From IMG/VR virus record IMGVR_UViG_3300043077_000092: 64,000 nt of DNA, one strand, 5' to 3'. The notes below the pieces were generated by a model that did not search any database, had not been told where the DNA came from, and saw only the letters and a program-made list of their open reading frames with translations. Every line of letters starts with the position of its first letter. The stretch's first letter is position 1. Below, piece after piece: positions 31,470 to 41,202 of the stretch. The position numbers and the translations under genes are program-made. The stretch is from a virus (lineage: Duplodnaviria > Caudoviricetes).

Positions 31470-32417
31470 TTATTTTAAGAGAATCTCTTCTCTGGCAACT
31501 ATGTTACGGTTGCTATACTTTGAACTATGAACTAATAAATCTACGAATTCAAGTATAACACTTGTATCCTTATGGCTGTTATTGAACTCGGTAATTCTAG
31601 CCCACAAATCGTCCGTAACAGTTTGTAACCCAATCTTTGTTGCAGCCATATCTTTATACTGCCATGGATAAAACTTAATCTTACGAAATGTCTTATCGGT
31701 AGCATCAGCCATAATGCTTATAGCCTCTTCTCTTGTAGTACCCATGTAATCAACCAGACTATACATATAATCGTCGATATCAAACATAGCACCGTTACCA
31801 TAAGTGACAAGTCCAACTGCAACTTTATGGATTCCATCTTCTGCTGGTTCAGGATTGACATATGCCTGAGGTGACCATTGGAAGATGGTATAGTCAAGTA
31901 ATATCTTTTTCAAATTTGGAACTGGCTCAAGTTTACAGAGCTTTCTTATAAACAATTCCTTTGCCGAACCTTTCCCATTTTTGAGGTCGTATCTTGAAAC
32001 AGCCCACTCCAGTGCCTCGTTTCGAACTTTCTTGATAGTATCTATTTCCTCTTTACGAACTTCATATTCTCTACTACAAAGTTCATCAATCCAATCTGTG
32101 TCGTAACCAATCTCGTTAATAAATGCGATGACGGCGTTTCCTAATATCGCATCACTCTGGTTCTTAGATGTACCTAAGTACTTGGCTATGAGACTATATA
32201 AGAAACCGTAAATTACACCGTCACCATTTGATATCTTTATTGCCACCTCAATATCATTTGGTAATGTTTCTTTCTTAGTTATTCGAATACCCTCAAGATG
32301 AGGAGCCCAGATACTATCTATGACTCCTCTAATCTGATTGAGAACGGATTCTTCATTTCGAATAACTCTTTTTGTTACTTCTGCCTTTGGTGCTACCAAT
32401 GGTTCTGAGTTATCCAT
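31470..32417 (-). CDS. Hypothetical protein
   Basis: 315 aa, AGGAGG RBS. Confidence 0.7.
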   Translation of the reverse strand: MDNSEPLVAPKAEVTKRVIRNEESVLNQIRGVIDSIWAPHLEGIRITKKETLPNDIEVAIKISNGDGVIYGFLYSLIAKYLGTSKNQSDAILGNAVIAFINEIGYDTDWIDELCSREYEVRKEEIDTIKKVRNEALEWAVSRYDLKNGKGSAKELFIRKLCKLEPVPNLKKILLDYTIFQWSPQAYVNPEPAEDGIHKVAVGLVTYGNGAMFDIDDYMYSLVDYMGTTREEAISIMADATDKTFRKIKFYPWQYKDMAATKIGLQTVTDDLWARITEFNNSHKDTSVILEFVDLLVHSSKYSNRNIVAREEILLK

Positions 32418-32422
32418 TATCT

Positions 32423-32887
32423 TTATTCCTCCTTTTTATCTTCACCTTCATTTTTAGGGACTTCCAGTAACTTATCTATGAAGTACTGAATATCGTTCTC
32501 ACAATCACGGTGAGTTTTATTATAGTTATCTCTTATAAGAGAAATGTCGGCATTGACTTTGTATTCAGTTTCGGGACTGATGATAGTTAATTCATACTTG
32601 TGCAAATCAATGCCAACTTTTGTGCAATATTTTTCCATGGTCTGATATATCTTTTCCACAACGTACTCGTAATGGAAATCACAGTCAGCTTTTGCAAAAA
32701 CGAAACATGCATAAAAATACTTCTCCAAAATGTCGACGAGTTCTCCTTCATAATCATCGAGCACATTGAAATTTCCAGTACCATCATCCTGAAATGTGAT
32801 TTCTGGACACCAGTGCTGTTTGATCCATTCGGCTGCCCTCTCAGCCAGTTCTCCAATGTTAGCGTATGCCTCGATTAGATTTTTCAT
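32423..32887 (-). CDS. Hypothetical protein
   Basis: 154 aa, GAGGAG RBS. Confidence 0.7.
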   Translation of the reverse strand: MKNLIEAYANIGELAERAAEWIKQHWCPEITFQDDGTGNFNVLDDYEGELVDILEKYFYACFVFAKADCDFHYEYVVEKIYQTMEKYCTKVGIDLHKYELTIISPETEYKVNADISLIRDNYNKTHRDCENDIQYFIDKLLEVPKNEGEDKKEE

Positions 32888-32913
32888 AATTGCTTCTCCT
32901 CTTAATTAATTAT

Positions 32914-34680
32914 TTATGCTACGCTTTGTTTCAAGCGACGACATACTTCTGTTGCCACGTCTTCATACTGTGGCATTCCAAACCATTTCTCCCCAAGGAA
33001 CACAACATTCTTTGCGATAAGATCTTCCACAAATTCCTTTCCTGCATCTCTGTCGTATCGTTTAAGAATATCTCCATCATCAATAAACAGCTTACCAATC
33101 ATAGTAGCTGCAAAGATATTGAACGAGCAGATAGAGTTTGGATACATTGCAGAAAAGTCAAAGTCAATGGAATCACCAAATAAGTATTTACTTGGTTTAC
33201 CAAATAGGATAATTCCATGGTTACCATTTAATTCAGGATCACCATTAATAGCACCTTCAAATGTTTCCTGTGAAGCTGCTAAATCGTTCTCAAATGCGGT
33301 GTCATCATCTTCATTGTCATCAACTCTACCGTTATCGAAGTTTACATTGTGACCTAAAATCAAGTTATCATTCACTAAGAATTCTCTATAGAAGAATGCT
33401 CTTAAGGATACGGTTTGTTTCAAACCATCTTTATAGTTGCAGTAACTATGCAAACAAGAGTTGTATAAATTGTATGCGTCGTTACATTTGTCATTGATAC
33501 CAAATTGAAGAAGAGTATCGTTGACGTTGTATATATCATATAACATGAAATCGTTATATGAAAACATGATAAAGTTTCCACCAGTGGAGTCGAATTTAAT
33601 CTTTCCTTCTCCGACTTCTTCTTTAGTGGCTATTGCGTTTAAGGATACACTTCTAAGAGTTGTCTGTGACCTTCTAAGACCAGCATATACAGCAGGTTGA
33701 TCGAGGTAGTGGGTATAAGATGAACACTCAAAGAAGTTTCTCTTTGTATCCCAATCAAAGTTGTTATTATCCTCATGATAATAGAGGGTTGTAGTTGGGA
33801 AATCTGAATGACAAAATACATTCGCTGGATTGATATTCAGTTTCTGACATCTTCCATGAACATAAGGAATATCGAAATCCATATTCCAAATGAAACAAAC
33901 ATCTCGTTTGAGTACATGTATTAATCGAAATACCTGAAAGATTAATTCTTTCTCATCATCAAATGCATACTGAACATATTCAAAATCAGGGAATGCTTCA
34001 TCAAATCGTTCATGTAATTTTTGCTGTAATTCTTCCTGTCTATCGTTAATAAACGGAATTATCTGAGGGTTGTCATGTACTTTCAGATAGAATGTATGGA
34101 CTTTCTTTGTCACAGCATCACATACGGATATCATATCAATAGGGCATTCACCATGTCTTGGTATTGGTCCATCCCAATTCTTCTGATTAACCTCAATATC
34201 AAGGAAACAACAGTCAATCCATTTTCTCTCCTCGTTTCCAAGTTCTCTTTCCCAGATAACACGATAATATGTTTCAATGGGAATATCTCCGCCAAGTACA
34301 TATGGATACTTGTATAACTGCTGTCTTTCTTTCTTCGTCTTATGGTTATTATAATACGCAACGTATTCTTTCCCTGCAATATTTGCAATTTCCTTTAATA
34401 CATTCCGATATAAGACTTCATGAGGAATCAGTTTCTCTTTTTCCATATAATGTCTTGGTTTCTTAAAAGTTCTATTCTCTTCGGGAACTTCATATATTGT
34501 AATCGTCGGATCTTTAATCGTATAGATTGCTTTCTTTTTCGTTACAAGATCTTTATATACAAAATTAACATAATCCGACCAATTCGTTTCTTTATTACCA
34601 TTCTGATAAATGACATCGCAAAGCATAAGCTTGCGACCAATCAATTCTTTAAAAACAATCGGTTCTGTCTGCAATTTCAT
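32914..34680 (-). CDS. Family B DNA polymerase, subunit carrying 3'-5' exonuclease and motif A
   Basis: ExoI LDIEV, ExoII WNMDFD, ExoIII YNVND, motif A DFDFSAMYPN; ATG 34680 after AAAGGAGG. Confidence 0.88.
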   Translation of the reverse strand: MKLQTEPIVFKELIGRKLMLCDVIYQNGNKETNWSDYVNFVYKDLVTKKKAIYTIKDPTITIYEVPEENRTFKKPRHYMEKEKLIPHEVLYRNVLKEIANIAGKEYVAYYNNHKTKKERQQLYKYPYVLGGDIPIETYYRVIWERELGNEERKWIDCCFLDIEVNQKNWDGPIPRHGECPIDMISVCDAVTKKVHTFYLKVHDNPQIIPFINDRQEELQQKLHERFDEAFPDFEYVQYAFDDEKELIFQVFRLIHVLKRDVCFIWNMDFDIPYVHGRCQKLNINPANVFCHSDFPTTTLYYHEDNNNFDWDTKRNFFECSSYTHYLDQPAVYAGLRRSQTTLRSVSLNAIATKEEVGEGKIKFDSTGGNFIMFSYNDFMLYDIYNVNDTLLQFGINDKCNDAYNLYNSCLHSYCNYKDGLKQTVSLRAFFYREFLVNDNLILGHNVNFDNGRVDDNEDDDTAFENDLAASQETFEGAINGDPELNGNHGIILFGKPSKYLFGDSIDFDFSAMYPNSICSFNIFAATMIGKLFIDDGDILKRYDRDAGKEFVEDLIAKNVVFLGEKWFGMPQYEDVATEVCRRLKQSVA

Positions 34681-34823
34681 TAACCTCCTTTGTCGTAGAA
34701 TCATTAAAGACGTGTAATCTTCATCATGCAAACTTAATATCGTTATAAAAACAAAGAAAGACACTTGAGTGAACTTAATCACCCAAGTGTCTTTATATAT
34801 GAATCGGTTTTACCTAATCCAGC

Positions 34824-35744
34824 TTAGCTAATCTTGCTGTAGTCAAGATTCTTCTTAGCGTAAGTCTCGTAATAAGCATGACCGTCAACGGTCTTCCAGT
34901 TCTTGATATCCGGAGCAGAAATCCTCTTCTCAAGGAGTGACTTCGTGTATCCAGAATACATGTTCAGATAGTTCTTCAAGATGTTGAATCTTGCGAGTGC
35001 TACTGTACCGATGTAATTGATCTGGCTGCTCATATACTTAGCGGCTGTGAACTCAAGGCTCAACTGAACAAGGTCATGAGAACCTGCTTCCCATGTGAAG
35101 TGGCTGTGATCGCTTGACTTCGGGAACATGTTTGTCAGAAGGCATACATATTCAGGTGTCTCACCCGTTGGGTCAGTTGCCACATACAATGCTTCCATTG
35201 TATGGTTAGCCTGAGACAGATAGAGATCATCTCTCTTAATGGTATCGCCATAAACATCGGTGTCTCCACCAGATGTAACGATATCTCTTGCACCATGATA
35301 GTGCGATAATCCAGTAAATGGATCGATTGTACCGGTAATCCAGAAATCCAGATAAGTACGAATCAGAGAACCCTGTGTCTCATAGATCTTGATTGTGATG
35401 GATGAAGTATCATCCTTAACGTTGATAGGTAATTCAACCGTGTTACCAACGTATCCAACCGTTGCACTGGTAAAGTCAACAGTGTATCCCTGAATACCAT
35501 CGATACCAGTGTTTGCAAACTGGAGTAAATGACGGAACTTCTTTGTCTCGTCCGGCAGTAAGTACTGTACGAACTTCGGCATCTGTAAGATGAAGATACG
35601 ACCATAACCAGTTCTAAGTAAGTCATACTGCTTTAAAGCAGCATTGGTTGTATCAGTACCACCCAACCAAAATGCATAGCTTTCTACGTCATCGGAATGG
35701 GTAGTGTTGATGTTATCCTGTAAGGTTGCAACTTTACTTGCCAT
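34824..35744 (-). CDS. Tail tube protein
   Basis: 306 aa directly after the sheath; YETQGS...DFWITG..DP, NMFP patterns. Confidence 0.7.
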   Translation of the reverse strand: MASKVATLQDNINTTHSDDVESYAFWLGGTDTTNAALKQYDLLRTGYGRIFILQMPKFVQYLLPDETKKFRHLLQFANTGIDGIQGYTVDFTSATVGYVGNTVELPINVKDDTSSITIKIYETQGSLIRTYLDFWITGTIDPFTGLSHYHGARDIVTSGGDTDVYGDTIKRDDLYLSQANHTMEALYVATDPTGETPEYVCLLTNMFPKSSDHSHFTWEAGSHDLVQLSLEFTAAKYMSSQINYIGTVALARFNILKNYLNMYSGYTKSLLEKRISAPDIKNWKTVDGHAYYETYAKKNLDYSKIS

Positions 35745-35766
35745 CTCTGTTTCCTCCTTCCTTCAT

Positions 35767-37905
35767 TTATGATGTAGTTACTGTAAGTGACGAAGTTGTG
35801 GTTACGTCATCAGTAACTCTCGGATCAAGGTAAACATCGAGTTCACCTCTCTGAATAACAGTTTTGAACGTAAGGTGTAACTTCAGGCGGAGTAAGCTCT
35901 TCTTCTCATCCGCAGCAGTCATCTCGAACTCAACGCTCGCTGTACGGACATACTTGTTCAGCTTATCCGTTAATACATCAGATGCATCCTGCTCATACTG
36001 AGCACGATCAGATTCCTCGCCAAGCTTGTAAATCTTTGATGCAAGAAGATCATAAGCAATCTTTACAGCACGCTGTAAGATGTACTCATTCATCTCAAGC
36101 AATCTGTCAGAACTTGTCTGGCAAGTTGTGATAGCGGTCGAGCGCTGAACTGCATTGTAACTGATTGTCTCGTAGCAGTTGATACGTAACTTGTAGAGCG
36201 TATTCTTCAAGTCATTGCTGTCCGGATCAATAACCGGTTCAAAGGTTCCCCTTATATAATCGGTCTTTGCCTTAAGAATAGCGGTGTCTCTTGCGAGAGG
36301 TACTCCGTAAAGAGTATCATCACTTGCCATATGGTTCGGAAGAGCTTTTGCCAACCAGTGTGTGATAGTGAATCTACAAACCTTGCCTGTATACTCGGTA
36401 TCACGATAGCTGTAGCAGTGACCTTCCTTGATGACGTTGAACCCATATACGTTCTTAAGAACAGTACCCAGATTAACGAGTCCGCTGGTTGTATTGACCG
36501 TACCCATATCCAGATATGTCATGCAGTCGTACAAACGAGTATTTGCCAGAGCCGCCATCTGTTTCTTAACCTTAACGTCATATCCTGCATCAAGGTTAAA
36601 GTTTACAGGAGAAGAAAATCTGGACTTGATATACGGATCAATATCTCCAGAATAAGCCTTAATCAACAGATTAGTCTTTGCTTCTTCAATCTCTGAGTCA
36701 CTCATGTTATCCCAACCGTCGTTACCGTTCTTGAGTACAAACCCATCCAGAGAGAATACGTTTAAGTAATCCTCTGCTTCGGTATCAAGGCTGAGATGCT
36801 CATTGATTGCTCCATCCAAGCCGTAGCATGTAAAGAGATCAAGTGAGTAAGGTGTTTCGGTTGCACCCGGAACAACCTCGGTATTGTATAATGATGTAAT
36901 AACATCAAGAGTTTCCGGATAGAACTTGGAACCAATTCTCTGTGATCCAGTCTCAAGGTCATCAATGACATCTTCGATGTAGATACTTGGTCCATAATCG
37001 CTGGTGGCGTCAAATCCATCAACGTCGAATGTACCAACACCCTGTTCCCTAGCAACGAGACCATCGTCACTCGGCTCCATAATTGTAAGCATATAATTAT
37101 GCCTTGTCGGATAATTGTATTCCATGAACAGACCATCATCCGATACATACTCTGTTACGTTTGAAAGCTGTAAATGGATACTGTTTCCGTATTCACCACG
37201 TCCGAGAGAATACAGAACGCAGATCGGCATGTTGTAATAACCGTTCTCGTCAGGTTCTGTTTCCATAAGCTCCAATGCTGCTGCTTTAAGATCTTCAACA
37301 GTATTTGCTCCCTCAATGTACTTTGCATAGAACGTATAAACGAGCTTAGGAATAGTCTCCTCAGATGTTGTGGTTGCAGATGTTTCGTCTTCTCCATCTT
37401 CTGCCGCAGCAGTAGGAGTTCCTGTTGTCTCAGATGCATTCACTTCGTCAGTTTCACCGTTTGGTCCAGATAATGTTCCGTCTGCCTCGTTGTTCTCCTG
37501 AGTACCAGAATTCTCATCTGTCTTTTCAGTGGTGGCATCCGTTGCTTCATCTGAAGCACCCGTTACTTTGAATCGCACCATAAGTACAATGTTTGCAAAG
37601 GTAGCGGTATCAGGACGGAGATTCATAACGTACATACCGCAGTTTCCTGTTGCAAGAGCATTATCCACGTTATAAGCAGCCTGTCCGAGAGCCTTGTAAT
37701 TAGGATTACCAAATTCCCGAAGATTGCTCGCCTGATCAATCATATATAGTAATTGGTTGTCCCTACCGCCAGCGAAGAAGCCAACCTGCATACCGTTGAA
37801 ACTTTTGCGTTCTTCCACTGTTTCTTCTTCCGTATACTCGGTGTTATCATAAATCTGTATAACTATATACGGATGCTGAAAACTTGTAGTTTTACTACTA
37901 CTCAT
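35767..37905 (-). CDS. Contractile tail sheath protein
   Basis: FGNPNYKALGQ, YVMNLRPD, LDAGYD..VK, RxDC..YLD; start MSSSK after AAGGAGG. Confidence 0.8.
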   Translation of the reverse strand: MSSSKTTSFQHPYIVIQIYDNTEYTEEETVEERKSFNGMQVGFFAGGRDNQLLYMIDQASNLREFGNPNYKALGQAAYNVDNALATGNCGMYVMNLRPDTATFANIVLMVRFKVTGASDEATDATTEKTDENSGTQENNEADGTLSGPNGETDEVNASETTGTPTAAAEDGEDETSATTTSEETIPKLVYTFYAKYIEGANTVEDLKAAALELMETEPDENGYYNMPICVLYSLGRGEYGNSIHLQLSNVTEYVSDDGLFMEYNYPTRHNYMLTIMEPSDDGLVAREQGVGTFDVDGFDATSDYGPSIYIEDVIDDLETGSQRIGSKFYPETLDVITSLYNTEVVPGATETPYSLDLFTCYGLDGAINEHLSLDTEAEDYLNVFSLDGFVLKNGNDGWDNMSDSEIEEAKTNLLIKAYSGDIDPYIKSRFSSPVNFNLDAGYDVKVKKQMAALANTRLYDCMTYLDMGTVNTTSGLVNLGTVLKNVYGFNVIKEGHCYSYRDTEYTGKVCRFTITHWLAKALPNHMASDDTLYGVPLARDTAILKAKTDYIRGTFEPVIDPDSNDLKNTLYKLRINCYETISYNAVQRSTAITTCQTSSDRLLEMNEYILQRAVKIAYDLLASKIYKLGEESDRAQYEQDASDVLTDKLNKYVRTASVEFEMTAADEKKSLLRLKLHLTFKTVIQRGELDVYLDPRVTDDVTTTSSLTVTTS

Positions 37906-38136
37906 GGTTTTTACCTCCTTTATTTGATTTAATAAACTGTTTAATTTGCACGCTGTTAGGGTTACGTGCAATTATATGGTTGTGTTCAGCACGTAATTGG
38001 GATTTCAAAAATCCGTTTCGTAACCCTTTTATCACTATATTAATTCTGTATATAACAATCAGGAATAATTACATTCTTGAAATAAAAAGAGATTCAGTAG
38101 ACACCTGTCTACATAGCCTAAGGAGGGCATTTAACC

Positions 38137-38736
38137 ATGAGTGAAAATTTAAGAAACAAATTAAACAACCAGACAACAGATGACATCGAGTTCGTATATG
38201 ACGAACAAGGTAACTTATCAACCATCAAAGGTACAATTGCTTTTGATACATTCATTATCCCGAACAGCCCAGAACTACTCAGCGATAGGGGCGATTATTC
38301 CCAGATGAAGATAAAAGGGTATATCGGTGATAACGGGCTGGATTATGATGAGAGTCGCGATACGGACAGACTCGTTCAACTATGGCATGTTAGCCACTGG
38401 ACGGAGAATGTAGATGACCACGGATTGATGGTCAAGACACCTAAGCGTGCATTTTATTTGAACCAACAACAGACCGGTTTCTCGTTCTTACCTTCTGTTA
38501 TATTTAACGGAAAGGTTGAGGGTGACACGGTTGATTTTAGGTTCAGACGTGAGAACTGCCTCATCAGATACGCTGACTCTAAAATTGACTTGGAGGAACA
38601 TGAGCAGAGCGGCGTAACTATTGACGTAGTATTTTCTATGTGCCTAAGTCAAACTAAGTATAGGTACGCAAGGTTCGGTTCATTCGATGATGTATTAAAA
38701 CAGTTAATCCCTTCTTTAATAAAGGAGGTGGCTTAA
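38137..38736 (+). CDS. Hypothetical protein (early-type unit)
   Basis: 199 aa, AGGAGG RBS, TATATTAAT at 38036. Confidence 0.7.
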   Translation: MSENLRNKLNNQTTDDIEFVYDEQGNLSTIKGTIAFDTFIIPNSPELLSDRGDYSQMKIKGYIGDNGLDYDESRDTDRLVQLWHVSHWTENVDDHGLMVKTPKRAFYLNQQQTGFSFLPSVIFNGKVEGDTVDFRFRRENCLIRYADSKIDLEEHEQSGVTIDVVFSMCLSQTKYRYARFGSFDDVLKQLIPSLIKEVA

Positions 38737-38738
38737 TT

Positions 38739-39155
38739 ATGCAGGGTTCATATTTTAAAATCGTATTCGATCCTCATCAGTATCAGGCATTCCGTCTCGA
38801 CCATTATGAAATCGAGATTAAACCTTGGTATCAGTCAAATTACGAGACGGGAACAACTCTCCTCAGTGCTTTAAGACTCACGATGTCATCGGCTGAAGGG
38901 CTGAACCCACGTATCATGGATAAGTTCAAATTCACAACTGTTCTACAGTCTGTTGAATTTGAACAGACCGTAAGGGTTGGTAGACACTTCTTCGATGGTC
39001 ACCCTGCTGATATTAAAATCGCACTTCAAAATCTTGACCCAGACCCAACAGGGTTCACCGAACATTCTACGTTGTTTGATAACACCAAGCATATCCAACT
39101 AAACATAGATGTTATCAAAGCAGATGACGGAATTGAGTATAGCTTACTTCCATAA
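38739..39155 (+). CDS. Hypothetical protein (early-type unit)
   Basis: 138 aa, AGGAGG RBS. Confidence 0.7.
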   Translation: MQGSYFKIVFDPHQYQAFRLDHYEIEIKPWYQSNYETGTTLLSALRLTMSSAEGLNPRIMDKFKFTTVLQSVEFEQTVRVGRHFFDGHPADIKIALQNLDPDPTGFTEHSTLFDNTKHIQLNIDVIKADDGIEYSLLP

Positions 39156-39216
39156 AGAAACAGTAAAACAAAGGAAAGAAGTGGAGAAAGATGAAAATCA
39201 ATCTCCACTTCTTTTT

Positions 39217-39969
39217 TTATAATTTCAAGATATCTTCTATCGGTGATATTTTTTGTTCTCTATTCTCTTTGGACATAGATAGTGCAATATCAACTGTATA
39301 GTTGAAATCCTCAAATGACAATCCACCAAAAACGGACGATGCACTCATTTCACGAATATTCGCAAATCGGTACCCAATCATTTTTGGATTTTTTTGAGTT
39401 GCAATTACCTCACTCCAACGCTTATCCATATTTTTTGGGTCTCTGCATAACTGAGCAGTAATAGTAGAAAGCGTAGTTACGGGTACGTGTAAAGATATGT
39501 CATTCATGGTCATGTTTTTTATCCATGATGGAGTGAGCAAATCATATGGAATATTGTCATCCATTCGCCCATCAAGAAATGTCTCTTCATAAAGAGTTAC
39601 ATTATCCAAATCCTGAATGATTTCTGATTGGAAGCACTTATATCCATCACCAAATGTCAGTATACAGTACGGTTTTACATAAGATTCCGGATATATCAAT
39701 ACATCCTTATCACTATCAACATCCTGAGGATAGAATTTGATATAAGATGGAATACATAAGGTTCCAGATGCAGATGGTTTATCTTCATCCGCTGCTTTGA
39801 TATTCTCATACCAACGATAGGGTAATAATCCTAACGTACTAACAGTTGAACCTTCAATCTTTCCAATGTTCGTGTCAATATATTTTTGTAAAACGTATGT
39901 CCTTAGAATACCTTTCTTCAGGACAAAGTTCTGCTTATCGTTTTCTAGTATTTCTGATATTTTCTGCAT
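39217..39969 (-). CDS. Putative small virion RNA polymerase subunit matching the extreme C-terminus of beta-prime
   Basis: SVFGGLSFEDF...SPIEDIL resembles beta-prime region H (SFISAASFQ); late-type promoter. Confidence 0.5.
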   Translation of the reverse strand: MQKISEILENDKQNFVLKKGILRTYVLQKYIDTNIGKIEGSTVSTLGLLPYRWYENIKAADEDKPSASGTLCIPSYIKFYPQDVDSDKDVLIYPESYVKPYCILTFGDGYKCFQSEIIQDLDNVTLYEETFLDGRMDDNIPYDLLTPSWIKNMTMNDISLHVPVTTLSTITAQLCRDPKNMDKRWSEVIATQKNPKMIGYRFANIREMSASSVFGGLSFEDFNYTVDIALSMSKENREQKISPIEDILKL

Positions 39970-40033
39970 TACTTAGTCACCTCACTTTATTGTGATGTGG
40001 TATTAGACTTCTTTAAGTGAAACTATCAGAAAA

Positions 40034-41080
40034 TTATTCTACTATAGTTGCCTCTACAATCTTGATGTACTCTTTAAGAGTATGGTAAGGTCTCCGGTAC
40101 CGGACATATTTATCCCACCAACTCATACAATTTTTGATATTGGTAGCGTTTATTACAAATGCCGCTATATCAGTGGTGAATTGTCCGTACGTACATAGCT
40201 TACACCCCTTTGCCATATAATCACCTATTATTTTAAGGTCGGTTTCTGATTCCAAATCAGATGCCGTTGCACACATGATGGCGAGGTGAGCAGTGGGTAC
40301 TTCCGACTTTGCCATAGATTCAGGTCTTAATCCCAGTTTACTTGACATCTTAGACGGTATTATATACCGCATTTCTTCAAAACTGGATGCCATACGACTC
40401 GTTCTGATGTTTGATTCAATTAATCCCGTTTCCGAATCATGCATACCAGAATACAGTAAACCGTATAAAGAATCTCTGTAATCTTTCATATGATTTTCCT
40501 GATCTCCTTTGGTCATAGTTATGATATACCCATCAATATTATTCCGCAATTGATGGTCGTTATAGGGAATCAATACCATATAAGAGCCAGTATCCTCAGG
40601 TAACTGGTAGTTTTCAAGGAATTTTCGTATCTTAAAAACTCTCTCTTCTTCGTTGATTCTTTTTTGTACCTCTTTCTTCATAAAATCAATGAGTACGTTA
40701 AAATCATCATTAAAATATGAACCTTCAAATGCAGATATGAATTCGTTTAAAGCTCTCTCATGTTTCCTGTAAAATTCACCTGCAATATCACTCCATTTCA
40801 TTATCACGTCATGCTGCTCAGTTAATAATTTGAGCAGTCTCGTCTTTGGTTTTTGTTCAATTTCCTTTTCATCAGTAGCTGAAGCCTCATTATCTACTAA
40901 TACAACCTTTTTAATATTATTAGTATTGCTCTCTCCCTTAGAACTTTCAGTAGCAGATTCAGCCACTTCATTCTGTTCATCTTTTTTAGTGTCCACAATA
41001 GGACTCTGATTCGAATTTTCTTCTCCAATGAGATGATTTTTAACAGCACCCATCGCAGAAGTTGTTCCTGTTGTTTCCAT
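40034..41080 (-). CDS. Hypothetical protein
   Basis: Start METTG after AAGGAGG. Confidence 0.7.
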   Translation of the reverse strand: METTGTTSAMGAVKNHLIGEENSNQSPIVDTKKDEQNEVAESATESSKGESNTNNIKKVVLVDNEASATDEKEIEQKPKTRLLKLLTEQHDVIMKWSDIAGEFYRKHERALNEFISAFEGSYFNDDFNVLIDFMKKEVQKRINEEERVFKIRKFLENYQLPEDTGSYMVLIPYNDHQLRNNIDGYIITMTKGDQENHMKDYRDSLYGLLYSGMHDSETGLIESNIRTSRMASSFEEMRYIIPSKMSSKLGLRPESMAKSEVPTAHLAIMCATASDLESETDLKIIGDYMAKGCKLCTYGQFTTDIAAFVINATNIKNCMSWWDKYVRYRRPYHTLKEYIKIVEATIVE

Positions 41081-41202
41081 AATAAAGTATCCTCCTTTAT
41101 AGATTGTATTAACTCTCTGTAAACCCACTTGTATAAAATAAGTAACCATAGGGCTTAATCTAATTTAAAGATAAACCCTATGGCTTTAATTGTTATCAAG
41201 AC

